The position numbers and the translations under genes are program-made. Below, piece by piece: positions 30,334 to 40,627 of a stretch of 64,000 bases of DNA (position 1 is its first letter; each line of letters begins with the position of its first letter). Where the stretch lies: the NCBI GenBank assembly GCA_963662665.2, contig CAXXJS010000025.1, forward strand, positions 64,001 through 128,000. Direction: 5' to 3'. Below the pieces are notes generated by a model. It did no database searches. It was given only the letters and a program-made list of their open reading frames with translations, and had not been told where the DNA came from. This stretch comes from Candidatus Latescibacterota bacterium. GTDB lineage: Bacteria > Latescibacterota > UBA2968 > GCA-2709665.

Positions 30334-31904
30334 TCGACGTGGCGGCGGACCGGACGCTGTATCTGGATTTCGCGGGATTCGCCGGAGAACAGCCGGACCG
30401 GGAGTGGATGGTGTACGAACGGGGCGACGGGCGTGTTTTCCGGTGGACGTACGCCGCGTTCCTGAAGCGCGTGCACCAGGCCGCCAATCTCCTGCGTGAG
30501 TTGGGAATCCGCCCCGGAGACGTCTTCAATCTGCATCTGTCCAACCATCCGGCCTACGCGCAGCTGATACTTGCCGCGTCGCACCTCGGGGCGACGGCGA
30601 TGCCCACGAATCCGGCTTCCACCGCGGATGAACTGGGGTATCTCGTTGCCCATTCCGAGAGCAGGGCGATATTCACGGAGGCAGGATGCCTTAACGTGGC
30701 GGACCGGATTGCCGCGGACGCGAATATCGTTCCGATGGTGTGCAATACGGGTGAACCGATACCTGTCGGATATCCGGTTTATGAAGACGCGCTTTCCGGA
30801 CAGAGCATCGAACCACCGGATGGGTCCGGCTCGTCGGAGCGCGTCGTGCAACTCATGTACACGTCGGGTACCACATCGCGGCCCAAAGGGGTGATGCTGA
30901 CCAATGCCTGTTTCGTCTATGGCGCGGAAGTTTTCGCCGCGGGCTCGGGGTTGCGGCGGGAGGACAGGCACCTGGTGGCGCTCCCGCTCTTTCACGCCGG
31001 CGCGCAGTGCCACGCGTTGTGGCCGTCCCTGGTGACCGGCGCGAGCGTTGCGGTGATGGCCCGTTTCAGCGCGAGCCGGTTCTTCGAGCAGGCCATTGAA
31101 TACGGGTGTACCATGGCCGCCATGTTCGGAGCATTGTTGCGGATGCTGTTGAACCGGCCGGAGCGCGAAACCGACGCGGCCCACGGGATCCGCAACGTCA
31201 CCTTCGCCCAGAATCTGACTCCGGCGCAGTACGGGGCCTGGCACCGGAGGTTCAGGGCGCCGTTACAGCAGTTGTGGGGAATGACGGAAACGTGCGGGCT
31301 CCCCCTGATGAGCCCATTGACGGGCGGGCGCAACCTCGCGGCGATGGGAAAGCCGGTGCCCGGGTATGAAGTGAAGGTCGTTGACGAAAAGGGTGAGGAG
31401 GCGGGTGCCGGTACGCCGGGCGAAGTGATCGTAAAGGGTGTTCCGGGACGGACGATCATGCTGGGTTATCTGAAGAATCCCAGGGCAACGGCGGAAACCC
31501 TTCGAAGCCGTCCGGACGGCACCTGGCTGCATTCAGGCGATACGGTACGTGCGGATGAAGACGGGTTCCTGTATTTTCTGGACCGGGGAAAGGATCTGAT
31601 CAGGCGGTCCGGCGAAAATATCTCAAGCATCGAGGTGGAGGGCGTGATTCAGGAATGCGACGGCGTCGAGGACGTCTGCGTGGTGGGCGTGCCCGATGAG
31701 ATTCGGGATGAACGCGTCGTCGCGGCCGTCGTATCGGAACCGGAAGCGGACTTGAGCGGGGAAGCGATACGGACGTATTGCGCCGAACGGCTCGCGGCGT
31801 TCAAGGTGCCCGACCGGATCGAGTTCGTGGATGCATTGCCGAGAACGTCGGTCGGTAAAATCCGGAAGCAGGTCGTACGCGACCTGTTGGCATCGGCGGC
31901 GTGA
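30330..31904 (+). CDS. Acyl-CoA synthetase (CaiC-like ATP-dependent ligase)
   Basis: YTSGTTSRPKG, WGMTE, SGD, GENISSIEVE, LPRTSVGK; start overlaps the crotonase stop (ATGA). Confidence 0.9.
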   Translation: MIDVAADRTLYLDFAGFAGEQPDREWMVYERGDGRVFRWTYAAFLKRVHQAANLLRELGIRPGDVFNLHLSNHPAYAQLILAASHLGATAMPTNPASTADELGYLVAHSESRAIFTEAGCLNVADRIAADANIVPMVCNTGEPIPVGYPVYEDALSGQSIEPPDGSGSSERVVQLMYTSGTTSRPKGVMLTNACFVYGAEVFAAGSGLRREDRHLVALPLFHAGAQCHALWPSLVTGASVAVMARFSASRFFEQAIEYGCTMAAMFGALLRMLLNRPERETDAAHGIRNVTFAQNLTPAQYGAWHRRFRAPLQQLWGMTETCGLPLMSPLTGGRNLAAMGKPVPGYEVKVVDEKGEEAGAGTPGEVIVKGVPGRTIMLGYLKNPRATAETLRSRPDGTWLHSGDTVRADEDGFLYFLDRGKDLIRRSGENISSIEVEGVIQECDGVEDVCVVGVPDEIRDERVVAAVVSEPEADLSGEAIRTYCAERLAAFKVPDRIEFVDALPRTSVGKIRKQVVRDLLASAA

Positions 31905-31977
31905 CAGCGGGTTGCCCGGACGGAACCAAACGCACGAGTACACGCTGTCTTTTCAATTTAAATCGGGGGGCAACCAT

Positions 31978-32778
31978 ATGCAGTGGGTGATTTCGCAGGA
32001 CCAGTGGAGCGATTATCACAGGGACGGGTTCCTGAAGATCGGCAGGCAATGCAGCATCGAGGAACTGGCCGGTCTGCAGCGGCGGATCGACGAAATCATG
32101 CTGGGCCGGGCGCCGCTGGATTACAACCGGCTGACGATGCAACTGGATCCGAACACGGACCGTTACGAAGAGGTGCGGGGCGGCGGAAAGGGACATCAGG
32201 GCGCGAGTCTGGGTTATCGGAAGATTCAGGGACTGGAGTACGACGCATCATTTCTGGCTTATCTGAGGAAGCCGGTTTTCAGGGAAATCTGCGCGTATGT
32301 CTACGGAGCCCACGCGTCCATCGCGTGTTTCCGGGCGATGTTCATGAACAAACCGGCGAAACAGGGATCCGACCTGCCCTGGCATCAGGACGGCGGGGGT
32401 TCGTGGAATCTGGATCGGGATCCGCTGGTCACGGTCTGGACGGCGCTGGATCCGGCCAGACCGGAGAATGGATGCGTACAGGTCGTGCCGGGTTCGCACC
32501 AGTTGGGAATTCTGAGCGAGCAGGGACATACGATAACGGGTGAGCATGAACGGGAATTCTGTCCCGAAGACAGAATCGTGGACCTGACGATGGAGCCGGG
32601 AGAGGTGGTGATCCTGCACAACTGGCTGCTGCACCGGTCCGGCGTGAACCAGGTGGATATCGCCAGGCGGGCATTCAGCGTGTGTTATATCGACGCGCGA
32701 ACCCGTTCGAGCCGCAAGGCCTCATTCTCGACGATCTTCGGAAAGGACGCATTGATTCCCGAACAGGTCGCGGCATAG
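31978..32778 (+). CDS. Phytanoyl-CoA dioxygenase (PhyH) family protein
   Basis: WHQD, WTALD..ENGC..VPGSH, LLHRS..N..RRA. Confidence 0.92.
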   Translation: MQWVISQDQWSDYHRDGFLKIGRQCSIEELAGLQRRIDEIMLGRAPLDYNRLTMQLDPNTDRYEEVRGGGKGHQGASLGYRKIQGLEYDASFLAYLRKPVFREICAYVYGAHASIACFRAMFMNKPAKQGSDLPWHQDGGGSWNLDRDPLVTVWTALDPARPENGCVQVVPGSHQLGILSEQGHTITGEHEREFCPEDRIVDLTMEPGEVVILHNWLLHRSGVNQVDIARRAFSVCYIDARTRSSRKASFSTIFGKDALIPEQVAA

Positions 32779-32781
32779 GCA

Positions 32782-32973
32782 GAAGACGTGAAATGCATAT
32801 ATAGAAACCAAACGTGTCCATACGTGGTCATTGAGCCTGTCGAAAGGACCGGGGACGGAAGACGCAAGTCGGGAGAGATTGCCTGCCCTGTGAGGTATCA
32901 GTTCAGACCGGAGGCATAGAGGAAGAGCAGATCAAGCGAGGACTTCCTCTACCGGCTACCGTTTCACGTCTTC
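32782..32973. repeat. Intergenic element with nested inverted repeats and a REP-like TGAGCCTGTCGAA motif
   Basis: GAAGACGTGAAA (32782)/TTTCACGTCTTC (32962); inner TAGAGGAAG/CTTCCTCTA; motif shared with 37306-37321. Confidence 0.5.
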
Positions 32974-32999
32974 ATGCCTTTTCACGAGGGAGCGTTTCA

Positions 33000-34136
33000 A
33001 TGATAATTGATTCACACGCCTATTGTTTCGAACCGGGAGATGATCCGGCCGGATTCGAAAGCAGCGGGGCACACCTTAAATGGGTCCAGGAAGCCCAGGG
33101 CCTTCACCATCAGCCGGCCTGGCGCGTGCGGGACCGGGCGCCGGCGACGTCGGACGGATTGATTCCTGCGGATTACGAGTCGTGGAAGGAACTGCCCGAC
33201 GTGGACTTCCGCGTGGACGGACAGAAAGGCCGGGTGGTCTGGACGATCGCAGGAGAAGACTATACCAAGCAGTTCTATCCTCCCAATTTGAGAAACCTGG
33301 AGTTTACACCGCACAGCCTCATTGCGGAGATGGACTACGCGGACGTCGACGTGGCGCTTATCCACACGAATCCGATGCTGACACGCAACAGTGAATTTCT
33401 GGCCGATTGCGTGCGACATTACCCGGACCGGCTCCGTTCTATGGCGCCGGTGGACGAATGGCGCATCCGTACCGATACGGACGCGGTGATTCAGGAACTG
33501 CTGACATCCATACAGGCACATGGTCTTCACGCCATCAAGTTCAACGCGCGGCCGGCCTACTTCGCCGGTCCTGAACCGTGGGATGCGGCATCCTGCCGTC
33601 CGTTCTGGGATGCCGCCACGTCTCTTGACGTGCCGATTTTCTTCACTCTGGGATCCGGACCGGGCGACGTGACCCGGCGAATGACGCCCGAAAGCGCCCG
33701 CGAGGGATATCTGGATGAGCAGAAGGTCCTGATCCGCTGGATGGAACGCTATCCGGATTCGGTGGTGAACCTCACGCACGGATTCCCCTGGCGCGCGTTT
33801 GTTTCAGACGGTGTATTTCTGCCGATGCCGCCGGAGATCTGGTTGCCGTTCAAAAACCCGAATTGCAATCTGGAGGTCTGCTTTCCCGTGCGCATTGGAG
33901 ACTGGTTCGACTTCCCCTACCGGGAGGTGTGGCCGGTGCTGGAGGCAATGGTCGCCAACGTGGGCGCGGATCATCTGAACTGGGGTACGGATATGCCGTT
34001 TCAGAACCGGTTCTGCACTTATCGGCAGTCCAGGCGATGGATCGAGAAGCATTGCGAGTGTTTAAGCTACGACGATCTGAACATGATTTTGGGCGGGACC
34101 ACCGCGAGGATTCTGGGAATCGACTCGAACAAGTGA
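33000..34136 (+). CDS. Amidohydrolase-2 family protein
   Basis: IIDSHAY metal motif, EMD.A.VD.A, THG.P, WGTDMP. Confidence 0.85.
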   Translation: MIIDSHAYCFEPGDDPAGFESSGAHLKWVQEAQGLHHQPAWRVRDRAPATSDGLIPADYESWKELPDVDFRVDGQKGRVVWTIAGEDYTKQFYPPNLRNLEFTPHSLIAEMDYADVDVALIHTNPMLTRNSEFLADCVRHYPDRLRSMAPVDEWRIRTDTDAVIQELLTSIQAHGLHAIKFNARPAYFAGPEPWDAASCRPFWDAATSLDVPIFFTLGSGPGDVTRRMTPESAREGYLDEQKVLIRWMERYPDSVVNLTHGFPWRAFVSDGVFLPMPPEIWLPFKNPNCNLEVCFPVRIGDWFDFPYREVWPVLEAMVANVGADHLNWGTDMPFQNRFCTYRQSRRWIEKHCECLSYDDLNMILGGTTARILGIDSNK

Positions 34137-34174
34137 GGAATGCGCGCATGGTGAAGAAGGGTGCGGATCAGGAG

Positions 34175-36004
34175 ATGAACTGGGATCTGACGAGTTATTT
34201 TCCGGCGTTCAACGGGCCGGAGATGGCACAGTTCAAGGAAGCGCTGGACAGCGATACGCAGGATCTGTTGAGCCGGGCGAAAACGCTGGCGCCGCTGGTC
34301 GACGACAACGTCGATGCCTGGGAGGAAGTCTTCCTCCAAAGCGAAAATCTCTTCACGCGGCTTCGTCATATCGGATCCTACGTGGGATGTCTGACGGCGG
34401 CCGATGCCCGGAACGAAGCCTACCTGAAAGAAGAAGCCGCGTTGACGCTGCTATACGCGGAGGGCTCCAAGCTCCAGAACGAACTGCTTCGGGGTTTGAA
34501 GACGGCTTCGGACGGCAGCTTCGCTGCGCTTGCCGGCCGGGAGGCGCTTTCGGACGCCGGCTTTTTCCTTGGTCGGATGCGCCGGGAGGCGCGTTACACG
34601 ATGGATTCGGAGCGGGAAGCGCTCGCGGCCGACCTGCGGGTGGACGGGTTATCGGCGTGGGGCCGGCTTTACGATACCCTCTCCGGAAAGCTGGAGTTCG
34701 AAATGCGGTTTCCGGATGAACGCACCGAAAAACTGCCGATTTCGCAGCGGCGGTCGTTGATGGAAAATCCGGACCGGCGGGTCCGGCAGGCCGCGTTCGA
34801 GGGGGGCAACGCCGCGTGGGAAAGCGTTGAAGACGTAGCGGCGGCCGCCTTGAACGCGATATCCGGCACGCGACTCACGCTGAACAGGTATCGGGAGGTC
34901 CCGCATTTTCTGGAGGTGGCCCTGTTCCAGTCCGCTATAACGAGGAAGACGCTGGATGCGATGTTCGAGGCGATATTTTCCGAAGTCGAGGTCGGGCGGC
35001 GGATCCTGCGTTTCAGGGCGAAGGCGATGGACGTAGAAAAGGTGGCCTGGTATGACCTCGGAGCGCCGCTTCCGTTTCCCGATGTCTCGCCGATGGATTG
35101 GGAGGAAGGCACTCGCCTGGTTCAGGGTGCGTTCGCCAGAGCGTATCCGGCCCTGGGGGAGTTTACTCAGGCCATGTACGACAAGCGGTGGATCGACTAC
35201 GAACCGCGCGCGGGCAAACGCCCGGGCGGTTTCTGCACCGGATCGTCGATGATCGCAGAGTCAAGAATCTTTATGACGTACAACCGTACCATGGGGGATG
35301 CTCTGACGCTGGCTCACGAAGCCGGGCACGCGTTTCACAGCCACGTGATGCGCGATTTGCGTCCTTTCGCCCAAGGGTACCCGATGACGCTGGCGGAGTC
35401 GGCATCCACGTTCGCGGAGATGATTCTGGCCGACGGGGTCCTTTCCGACCCGGACGTGGATGACCTTCAGAAGGCCGTGGTCCTGGATTCGGAGGTGGGG
35501 CACGCGGGCGCCTATCTCCTGGACATTCCGGTGCGATTCGAATTTGAAAAAGCGCTTTACGAAGAACGCGGCGACGGTGAACTGACAGTGTCTCAGTTGA
35601 AAGCGCTGATGACCGAAAAGCAACGGGGCGTATTCGGCGACGTGCTTCAGGAGGGTGGCGAGGATTCCTGGTTCTGGGCATCCAAGCTGCATTTCTACAT
35701 TACGGGGGTCACGTTTTACAATTTCCCTTATACGTTCGGCTATTTGTTGAGCCGGGGTCTGTTTGCGATGTTCAAGAATGAAGGTCCCGATTTCCTGCCC
35801 CGGTACGAGAGGTTTCTGCGTTTAACGGGCAGCGACACAGCTGAACACGTGGCGAAACGCAGCACCGGCGGCAACCTCGAACAGCCGGACTTCTGGGTGC
35901 GGGCGATCCGCAGCCTGGAGGAGCCGCTGGCGCAACTGGAGTTGCTCTTGCCCCGTGTGTTTCCAGCGGGCGATGACGGAACATCCCGCGGCGCCGACGG
36001 CTAA
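34175..36004 (+). CDS. pepF: M3B oligoendopeptidase F
   Basis: WDL start after AGGAG, GKRPGGFC, LAHEAGHAFH, AESAS, FYNFPYTFG. Confidence 0.9.
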   Translation: MNWDLTSYFPAFNGPEMAQFKEALDSDTQDLLSRAKTLAPLVDDNVDAWEEVFLQSENLFTRLRHIGSYVGCLTAADARNEAYLKEEAALTLLYAEGSKLQNELLRGLKTASDGSFAALAGREALSDAGFFLGRMRREARYTMDSEREALAADLRVDGLSAWGRLYDTLSGKLEFEMRFPDERTEKLPISQRRSLMENPDRRVRQAAFEGGNAAWESVEDVAAAALNAISGTRLTLNRYREVPHFLEVALFQSAITRKTLDAMFEAIFSEVEVGRRILRFRAKAMDVEKVAWYDLGAPLPFPDVSPMDWEEGTRLVQGAFARAYPALGEFTQAMYDKRWIDYEPRAGKRPGGFCTGSSMIAESRIFMTYNRTMGDALTLAHEAGHAFHSHVMRDLRPFAQGYPMTLAESASTFAEMILADGVLSDPDVDDLQKAVVLDSEVGHAGAYLLDIPVRFEFEKALYEERGDGELTVSQLKALMTEKQRGVFGDVLQEGGEDSWFWASKLHFYITGVTFYNFPYTFGYLLSRGLFAMFKNEGPDFLPRYERFLRLTGSDTAEHVAKRSTGGNLEQPDFWVRAIRSLEEPLAQLELLLPRVFPAGDDGTSRGADG

Positions 36005-36075
36005 TCATCGCCGTCGTTCCGTCGCGGCAGGTGGTGAGGGCAGTTTAACACGGAAATCACAGAGAGGAAAAGGAG

Positions 36076-37062
36076 ATGGGCGACAGCGTCCAATGGGGTA
36101 TCCTGAGCACGGGTTCCATTGCCAGGTCGTTCGTGAAGGGCCTTGAGGCGGTTCCGGACGCGGAACCGGTTGCCGTGGGTTCGCGGACTCAACACGCGGC
36201 GGATGCGTTCGGAGACGAATTCGGCATTCCGAGGCGGCATCCGAACTATGCGGCCCTGGCGAACGATCCGGACGTGGACGTCATCTACGTTGCCACCCCG
36301 CATTCCCTCCACAAAGAAAACAGTATCCTTTGTCTCAAGGCGGGGAAGCCGGTCTTGTGCGAAAAGCCCTTCACGATCAATCGTTCCGAGGCCGAAGAAA
36401 TCGTCGCGGTTGCGCGTGAAGCAGGCCTTTTTCTGATGGAAGCCATGTGGACGCGTTTTCTGCCGATCATGTACCAGGTGAGGCAGTGGATTCAGGACGG
36501 CGCGATCGGCGAGGTCCGCATGGTTTCGGCGGACTTCGGGTTCGGTTCCACTCCTGGCAGAACAAAGTCCCGTCTTTATGATCCCGCCCTGGGCGGCGGA
36601 GCGCTGATGGACGTGGGCATCTATTCGCTTTCATTCGCTTCCATGGTGTTCCGGCGTCCGCCATCGCGGGTGATGAGTATGGCGCATATCGGCGAGCTTG
36701 AGGTGGACGAACAGGCGGGGATGATGCTCGGATACGACGCGGGAGAAATGGCGATGCTGTTTACGTCGATCCAGTGCGGCACGACTCACTGGGCGCATAT
36801 TATGGGTACCGGTGGAGTGATCCGCATTCATCCGCCGTACTGGCGTGGAACCACCGCGACGCTGGTGAGAGACGGAAAGGAAACGGTAGTCGAGCGTCCC
36901 TACGACGGGAACGGGTACAACTGCCAGGCGGAAGCGGTGGGTCGTTACCTGAGGGAAGGAAAACTGGAAAGCGACGAGATTCCGCTGGACGAGACCGTGG
37001 CGATATTGGGCACGATGGACATGATCCGCGACCAGATAGGGCTGAAATTCCCGATGGAATGA
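36076..37062 (+). CDS. Gfo/Idh/MocA oxidoreductase
   Basis: WGILSTGSIA, YVATPH, CEKP, MEAMWTRF, GGALMDVGIY. Confidence 0.93.
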   Translation: MGDSVQWGILSTGSIARSFVKGLEAVPDAEPVAVGSRTQHAADAFGDEFGIPRRHPNYAALANDPDVDVIYVATPHSLHKENSILCLKAGKPVLCEKPFTINRSEAEEIVAVAREAGLFLMEAMWTRFLPIMYQVRQWIQDGAIGEVRMVSADFGFGSTPGRTKSRLYDPALGGGALMDVGIYSLSFASMVFRRPPSRVMSMAHIGELEVDEQAGMMLGYDAGEMAMLFTSIQCGTTHWAHIMGTGGVIRIHPPYWRGTTATLVRDGKETVVERPYDGNGYNCQAEAVGRYLREGKLESDEIPLDETVAILGTMDMIRDQIGLKFPME

Positions 37063-37240
37063 AGCGATGAGACGGGAGACGGTAGAAGACGTCGTTGCCC
37101 GATTGGTTTGTCCTTAATGCCATCGGCAGGAAATGATACCGCACGGGGCAGGCAATCTCTCACGTCTTACGTCTAGCGCGGCTTCGCTATGCTCAGCCGC
37201 AACCAGACAGGTGGCAATGATCGGGCGAGCCCGTTTGAAA

Positions 37241-37360
37241 GTTCAATCACTCCCCCCTTGAGGGGGAGTCGCAGAAGCCGAGCCGATCCCTGAGCATGCG
37301 TTGCCCTGAGCCTGTCGAAGGGTCGAAGGGCCGGCGAAGGCTGATGCGGTGGGGGGATTT
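37241..37360 (+). repeat. Dispersed palindromic repeat (REP/MITE-like), copy 1
   Basis: First 45 nt are identical to the reverse complement of 63643-63687; contains the CTCCCCCcttgaGGGGGAG hairpin and ends GGCTGATGCGGTGGGG. Confidence 0.85.
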
Positions 37361-37530
37361 CAACGCCTTACCGTATGCAAGCAGCATGATCAAACATCTA
37401 CGCATCTTGCGTTGAAGGCTTACTGTAAGACTCTAACCTCTCACCGCCTTTAACTGATCGCTGCTTTTCGATATTCCGAAACATACTATTTATGGTATAT
37501 AACGAATATCATATTTGATATGGAGGTCTC

Positions 37531-38502
37531 ATGAAATACGGACGTGTCGAGGGAATTGACAAACCGGTATCACGGCTCGTTCAGGGCACGCTGATGTTGT
37601 CAACGGACAATCTCGAGGGGGGTATCGCATTCCTTGACAGTGTCCGGGCACTGGGTTGCAACGGTTTCGATACCGCGCCGGTATACGGTAACGGACAGGC
37701 GGAGCGGGCGCTCGGCGCCTGGATGGACCGCCGCGGAAATCGAAGCGACGTATTCATTTTGAGCAAGGGTTGCCATCCCAATGCGGACCGCGGCCGCCGG
37801 GTGACCGTCTTCGATCTCGCTTCCGACCTGTTCGATTCGCTGGCGCGGCTGAAGACGGATTTCATCGATCTCTACCTGCTTCACCGGGACGATCCGGGAG
37901 TCCCGGTCGGGCCGCTCGTTGAAGCCCTGAACGAACACGTGTCCGAAGGGCGCATTCGTGCGTTCGGCGGCTCCAACTGGTCGGCGAATCGGATCCGCGA
38001 GGCGAATTGCTACGCGCGGAATCACGGCCTGAGGCCCTTCGTGGCCAGCAGCCCGAATTTCAGCCTCGCCGTGCGCGTCAAGGAAGTCTGGGAGGGCTGC
38101 CTGAGCATCTCCGGCCCTCAGGGCGCTGAGGAACGGGCCTGGTATCGGGAATCGCAGATGCCCGTGTTTTCCTGGTCCAGCCTGGCGCAGGGCTTTTTCT
38201 CCGGTCTCCTGACGCGGGAGAACATCACAGGGATGGCGAGCGAAATTACGGAAGGCTGCGCTCAGGTCTACGGGTACGAAGAAAACTTCGTGCGGCTGGA
38301 ACGCGCGATCGAACTTGCCGGAGAACGCGGAAAGACCGTCGCGCAGATCGCACTTGCGTTTCTATACAACCAGCCACTGAACGTCTTCACGGTATCGGGC
38401 TGCAGGTCGGCTGAGGAAAGCCGTCTGAACCGGGAAGCCATGGCAGTCCGGTTGACGCCGGAGGAACTGGACTGGCTGGACCTTCGACGGGAGAAGCGGT
38501 GA
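37531..38502 (+). CDS. Aldo/keto reductase
   Basis: FDTAPVYG, LSKG, DLYLLHRD, GGSNW, WSSLAQG; RBS GGAGG. Confidence 0.92.
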   Translation: MKYGRVEGIDKPVSRLVQGTLMLSTDNLEGGIAFLDSVRALGCNGFDTAPVYGNGQAERALGAWMDRRGNRSDVFILSKGCHPNADRGRRVTVFDLASDLFDSLARLKTDFIDLYLLHRDDPGVPVGPLVEALNEHVSEGRIRAFGGSNWSANRIREANCYARNHGLRPFVASSPNFSLAVRVKEVWEGCLSISGPQGAEERAWYRESQMPVFSWSSLAQGFFSGLLTRENITGMASEITEGCAQVYGYEENFVRLERAIELAGERGKTVAQIALAFLYNQPLNVFTVSGCRSAEESRLNREAMAVRLTPEELDWLDLRREKR

Positions 38503-38573
38503 GCGATAACGTGCAACCGGAGATTGATCCGTTCGTCTAAATCCTGCAGGAGTGCTTCGTGACGCATAACAAT

Positions 38574-38744
38574 CCGTTGAAAAAGTCGCTCCGCAGGCGA
38601 GGTATGGTGTCCCGTCCCGGAAATATGTCATTGTGGCCGAAGACAAGACGCGCGACCGCGTCGAATCGGGGATTCGGGGAGGGAGCGCAACGCAGTCATT
38701 CGGCCACAAGGGCCGGACGTAGCCCGGATGGACTTTTTCAACGG
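38574..38744. mobile_element. MITE-like non-autonomous element (~171 bp)
   Basis: Perfect 14-bp terminal inverted repeats CCGTTGAAAAAGTC/GACTTTTTCAACGG and an internal inverted repeat TTGTGGCCGAA/TTCGGCCACAA; no transposase ORF. Confidence 0.7.
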
Positions 38745-38925
38745 GCTAATAACGGTCGGGGCATTGAAGGTTCCCTACCCGATTCCCCCGAAAATTCAAG
38801 GTATACCCGCTTAAATGCGTCTCATGCGGCGCTTTAGGCTTGACTGGAATCGGCAATGGGTCTAAATATTCGATATACAACGGTCGTGTCTGAATCACAC
38901 GTCGATTTGCGCGGACAACGGAACC

Positions 38926-40575
38926 ATGCCAGGGACACACCTGAAGACATTGTTGATCGAGGATAACCCGCTTCACACCCGCCTGATTCGCGAATTGCTC
39001 GCCAAATCCGAGGGTCCGGAGTTCGAGTTGGATTCGGCGGGTACGCTCACGGAAGGGCTGAACCGGCTTGCGTCGGCCCGGTACGAGTTGCTGCTGCTGG
39101 ACCTGGTGCTGCCTGACAGCGAGGACCTGGACACGTATTTCCGGGTGCGCGCAGCATACCCGGACCTGCCGGTTGTCATCCTGTCCGGCCTGAAGGATAT
39201 AAAGCTGGCGGCGCGGGCCGTTGAAGCGGGCGCGCAGGATTATCTTGTTAAGTCGAATATGAATGGTCCGGTGCTGGTGAGGTCGATCCGATACTCCGTG
39301 GAACGCAGCCGGGCGCTGCACGCCGAGTGGGAGTCGCCGATGTTCCGGCTGGCGCAGCAGCAGTTTCTGAAGGCAGCCCACCTGATGGAACTGGACGACA
39401 ACATCCGGCAGCGGCTGCTGTTTCCCCAGCGCACCCACGTCGTCACCTTTCCGTTCCGCCGGGACGAACACGAATACGTGGAAACGGTTTCCGGATACCG
39501 GATTCAGCACCTGTTGACGATGGGACCCACCAAGGGCGGCGTTCGCTACCATCACGACGTGAACCTGGGTGAGGTCTCCGCCCTGGCTATGTGGATGACC
39601 TGGAAGTGCGCCCTGATGAACCTGCCGTTTGGCGGCGCCAAGGGCGGTGTACGGATAGATCCAACCGTACTGTCACGTCCCGAACTACAGCGCCTGACAC
39701 GCCGGTATACATCGGAGATCATCGACGTTATCGGTCCGCAGAAGGACATCCCCGCACCGGACATGGGCACGGACGAACACGTAATGGCCTGGATGATGGA
39801 CACGTACAGCCATCAGACCGGACATACCGTACCCGCGGTCGTTACGGGCAAGCCGGTAGTGCTGGGCGGCTCCGAAGGACGCCGGGAGGCGACCGGACGG
39901 GGCCTGGTGTATCTGGTGGAGGAGGCGGCCAGGCACATCGGGATGGACCTGGGCAACGCAACCGCCGTCGTTCAGGGGTTCGGAAACGTGGGGAGCAATG
40001 CCGCGCGGTTTCTGAAAGCCTGCGGGGTCAAACTCGTGGGCGTAAGCGACGTGACCACCGGCATTTACAACCCCGACGGTCTTTCCATGGATTCGCTGAT
40101 GCAGCACGTGGATGAAAACCGGTTCCTGGAAGGCTACGCAGGCGGAGATGCCGTGAGCAATCAGGAATTGCTCGAGATACCGTGCGACATTCTTGTACCC
40201 GCGGCCCTGCAGAATCAGATCACCGCGGAAAATGCCGAACGTATTACGTGCCGGATGCTGGCTGAAGGCGCCAACGGACCCACCACGCTGGAGGCGGACG
40301 AGATCCTGAAGGAAAAAGGGGTGTTCATTCTGCCGGACGTACTCGGCAACGCCGGAGGGGTTACGGTGTCCTATTTCGAGTGGGTGCAGGACACGCAGAA
40401 CTACATGTGGACGCTCGACGAGATCAACGATCGGCTCAGGCAGATCCTGATGAACGCCTTCCTGCGGACGATACAACGGTCGGAACGCGATGGGCTGGAT
40501 ATGCGTACGGCGGCGTTGATAGAAGGCATTCACCGAGTGACACAGGCGAAGCTCCGGAGGGGCATCTTCCCATAG
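38926..40575 (+). CDS. Response-regulator receiver domain fused to Glu/Leu/Phe/Val (glutamate) dehydrogenase
   Basis: REC: LLIEDN, LLLLDL, ILSG, DYLVK. GDH: GPTKGGVRYH, MTWK, GGAKGG, DIPAPD, GR.EATG.G, QGFGNVG, EGANGP, NAGGVTVSYFEWVQ. Confidence 0.93.
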   Translation: MPGTHLKTLLIEDNPLHTRLIRELLAKSEGPEFELDSAGTLTEGLNRLASARYELLLLDLVLPDSEDLDTYFRVRAAYPDLPVVILSGLKDIKLAARAVEAGAQDYLVKSNMNGPVLVRSIRYSVERSRALHAEWESPMFRLAQQQFLKAAHLMELDDNIRQRLLFPQRTHVVTFPFRRDEHEYVETVSGYRIQHLLTMGPTKGGVRYHHDVNLGEVSALAMWMTWKCALMNLPFGGAKGGVRIDPTVLSRPELQRLTRRYTSEIIDVIGPQKDIPAPDMGTDEHVMAWMMDTYSHQTGHTVPAVVTGKPVVLGGSEGRREATGRGLVYLVEEAARHIGMDLGNATAVVQGFGNVGSNAARFLKACGVKLVGVSDVTTGIYNPDGLSMDSLMQHVDENRFLEGYAGGDAVSNQELLEIPCDILVPAALQNQITAENAERITCRMLAEGANGPTTLEADEILKEKGVFILPDVLGNAGGVTVSYFEWVQDTQNYMWTLDEINDRLRQILMNAFLRTIQRSERDGLDMRTAALIEGIHRVTQAKLRRGIFP

Positions 40576-40627
40576 TGTCCCGTCCTGGAGATAGATCGCC
40601 GGAACAGAACAATCAGGAAGGTCTGAA

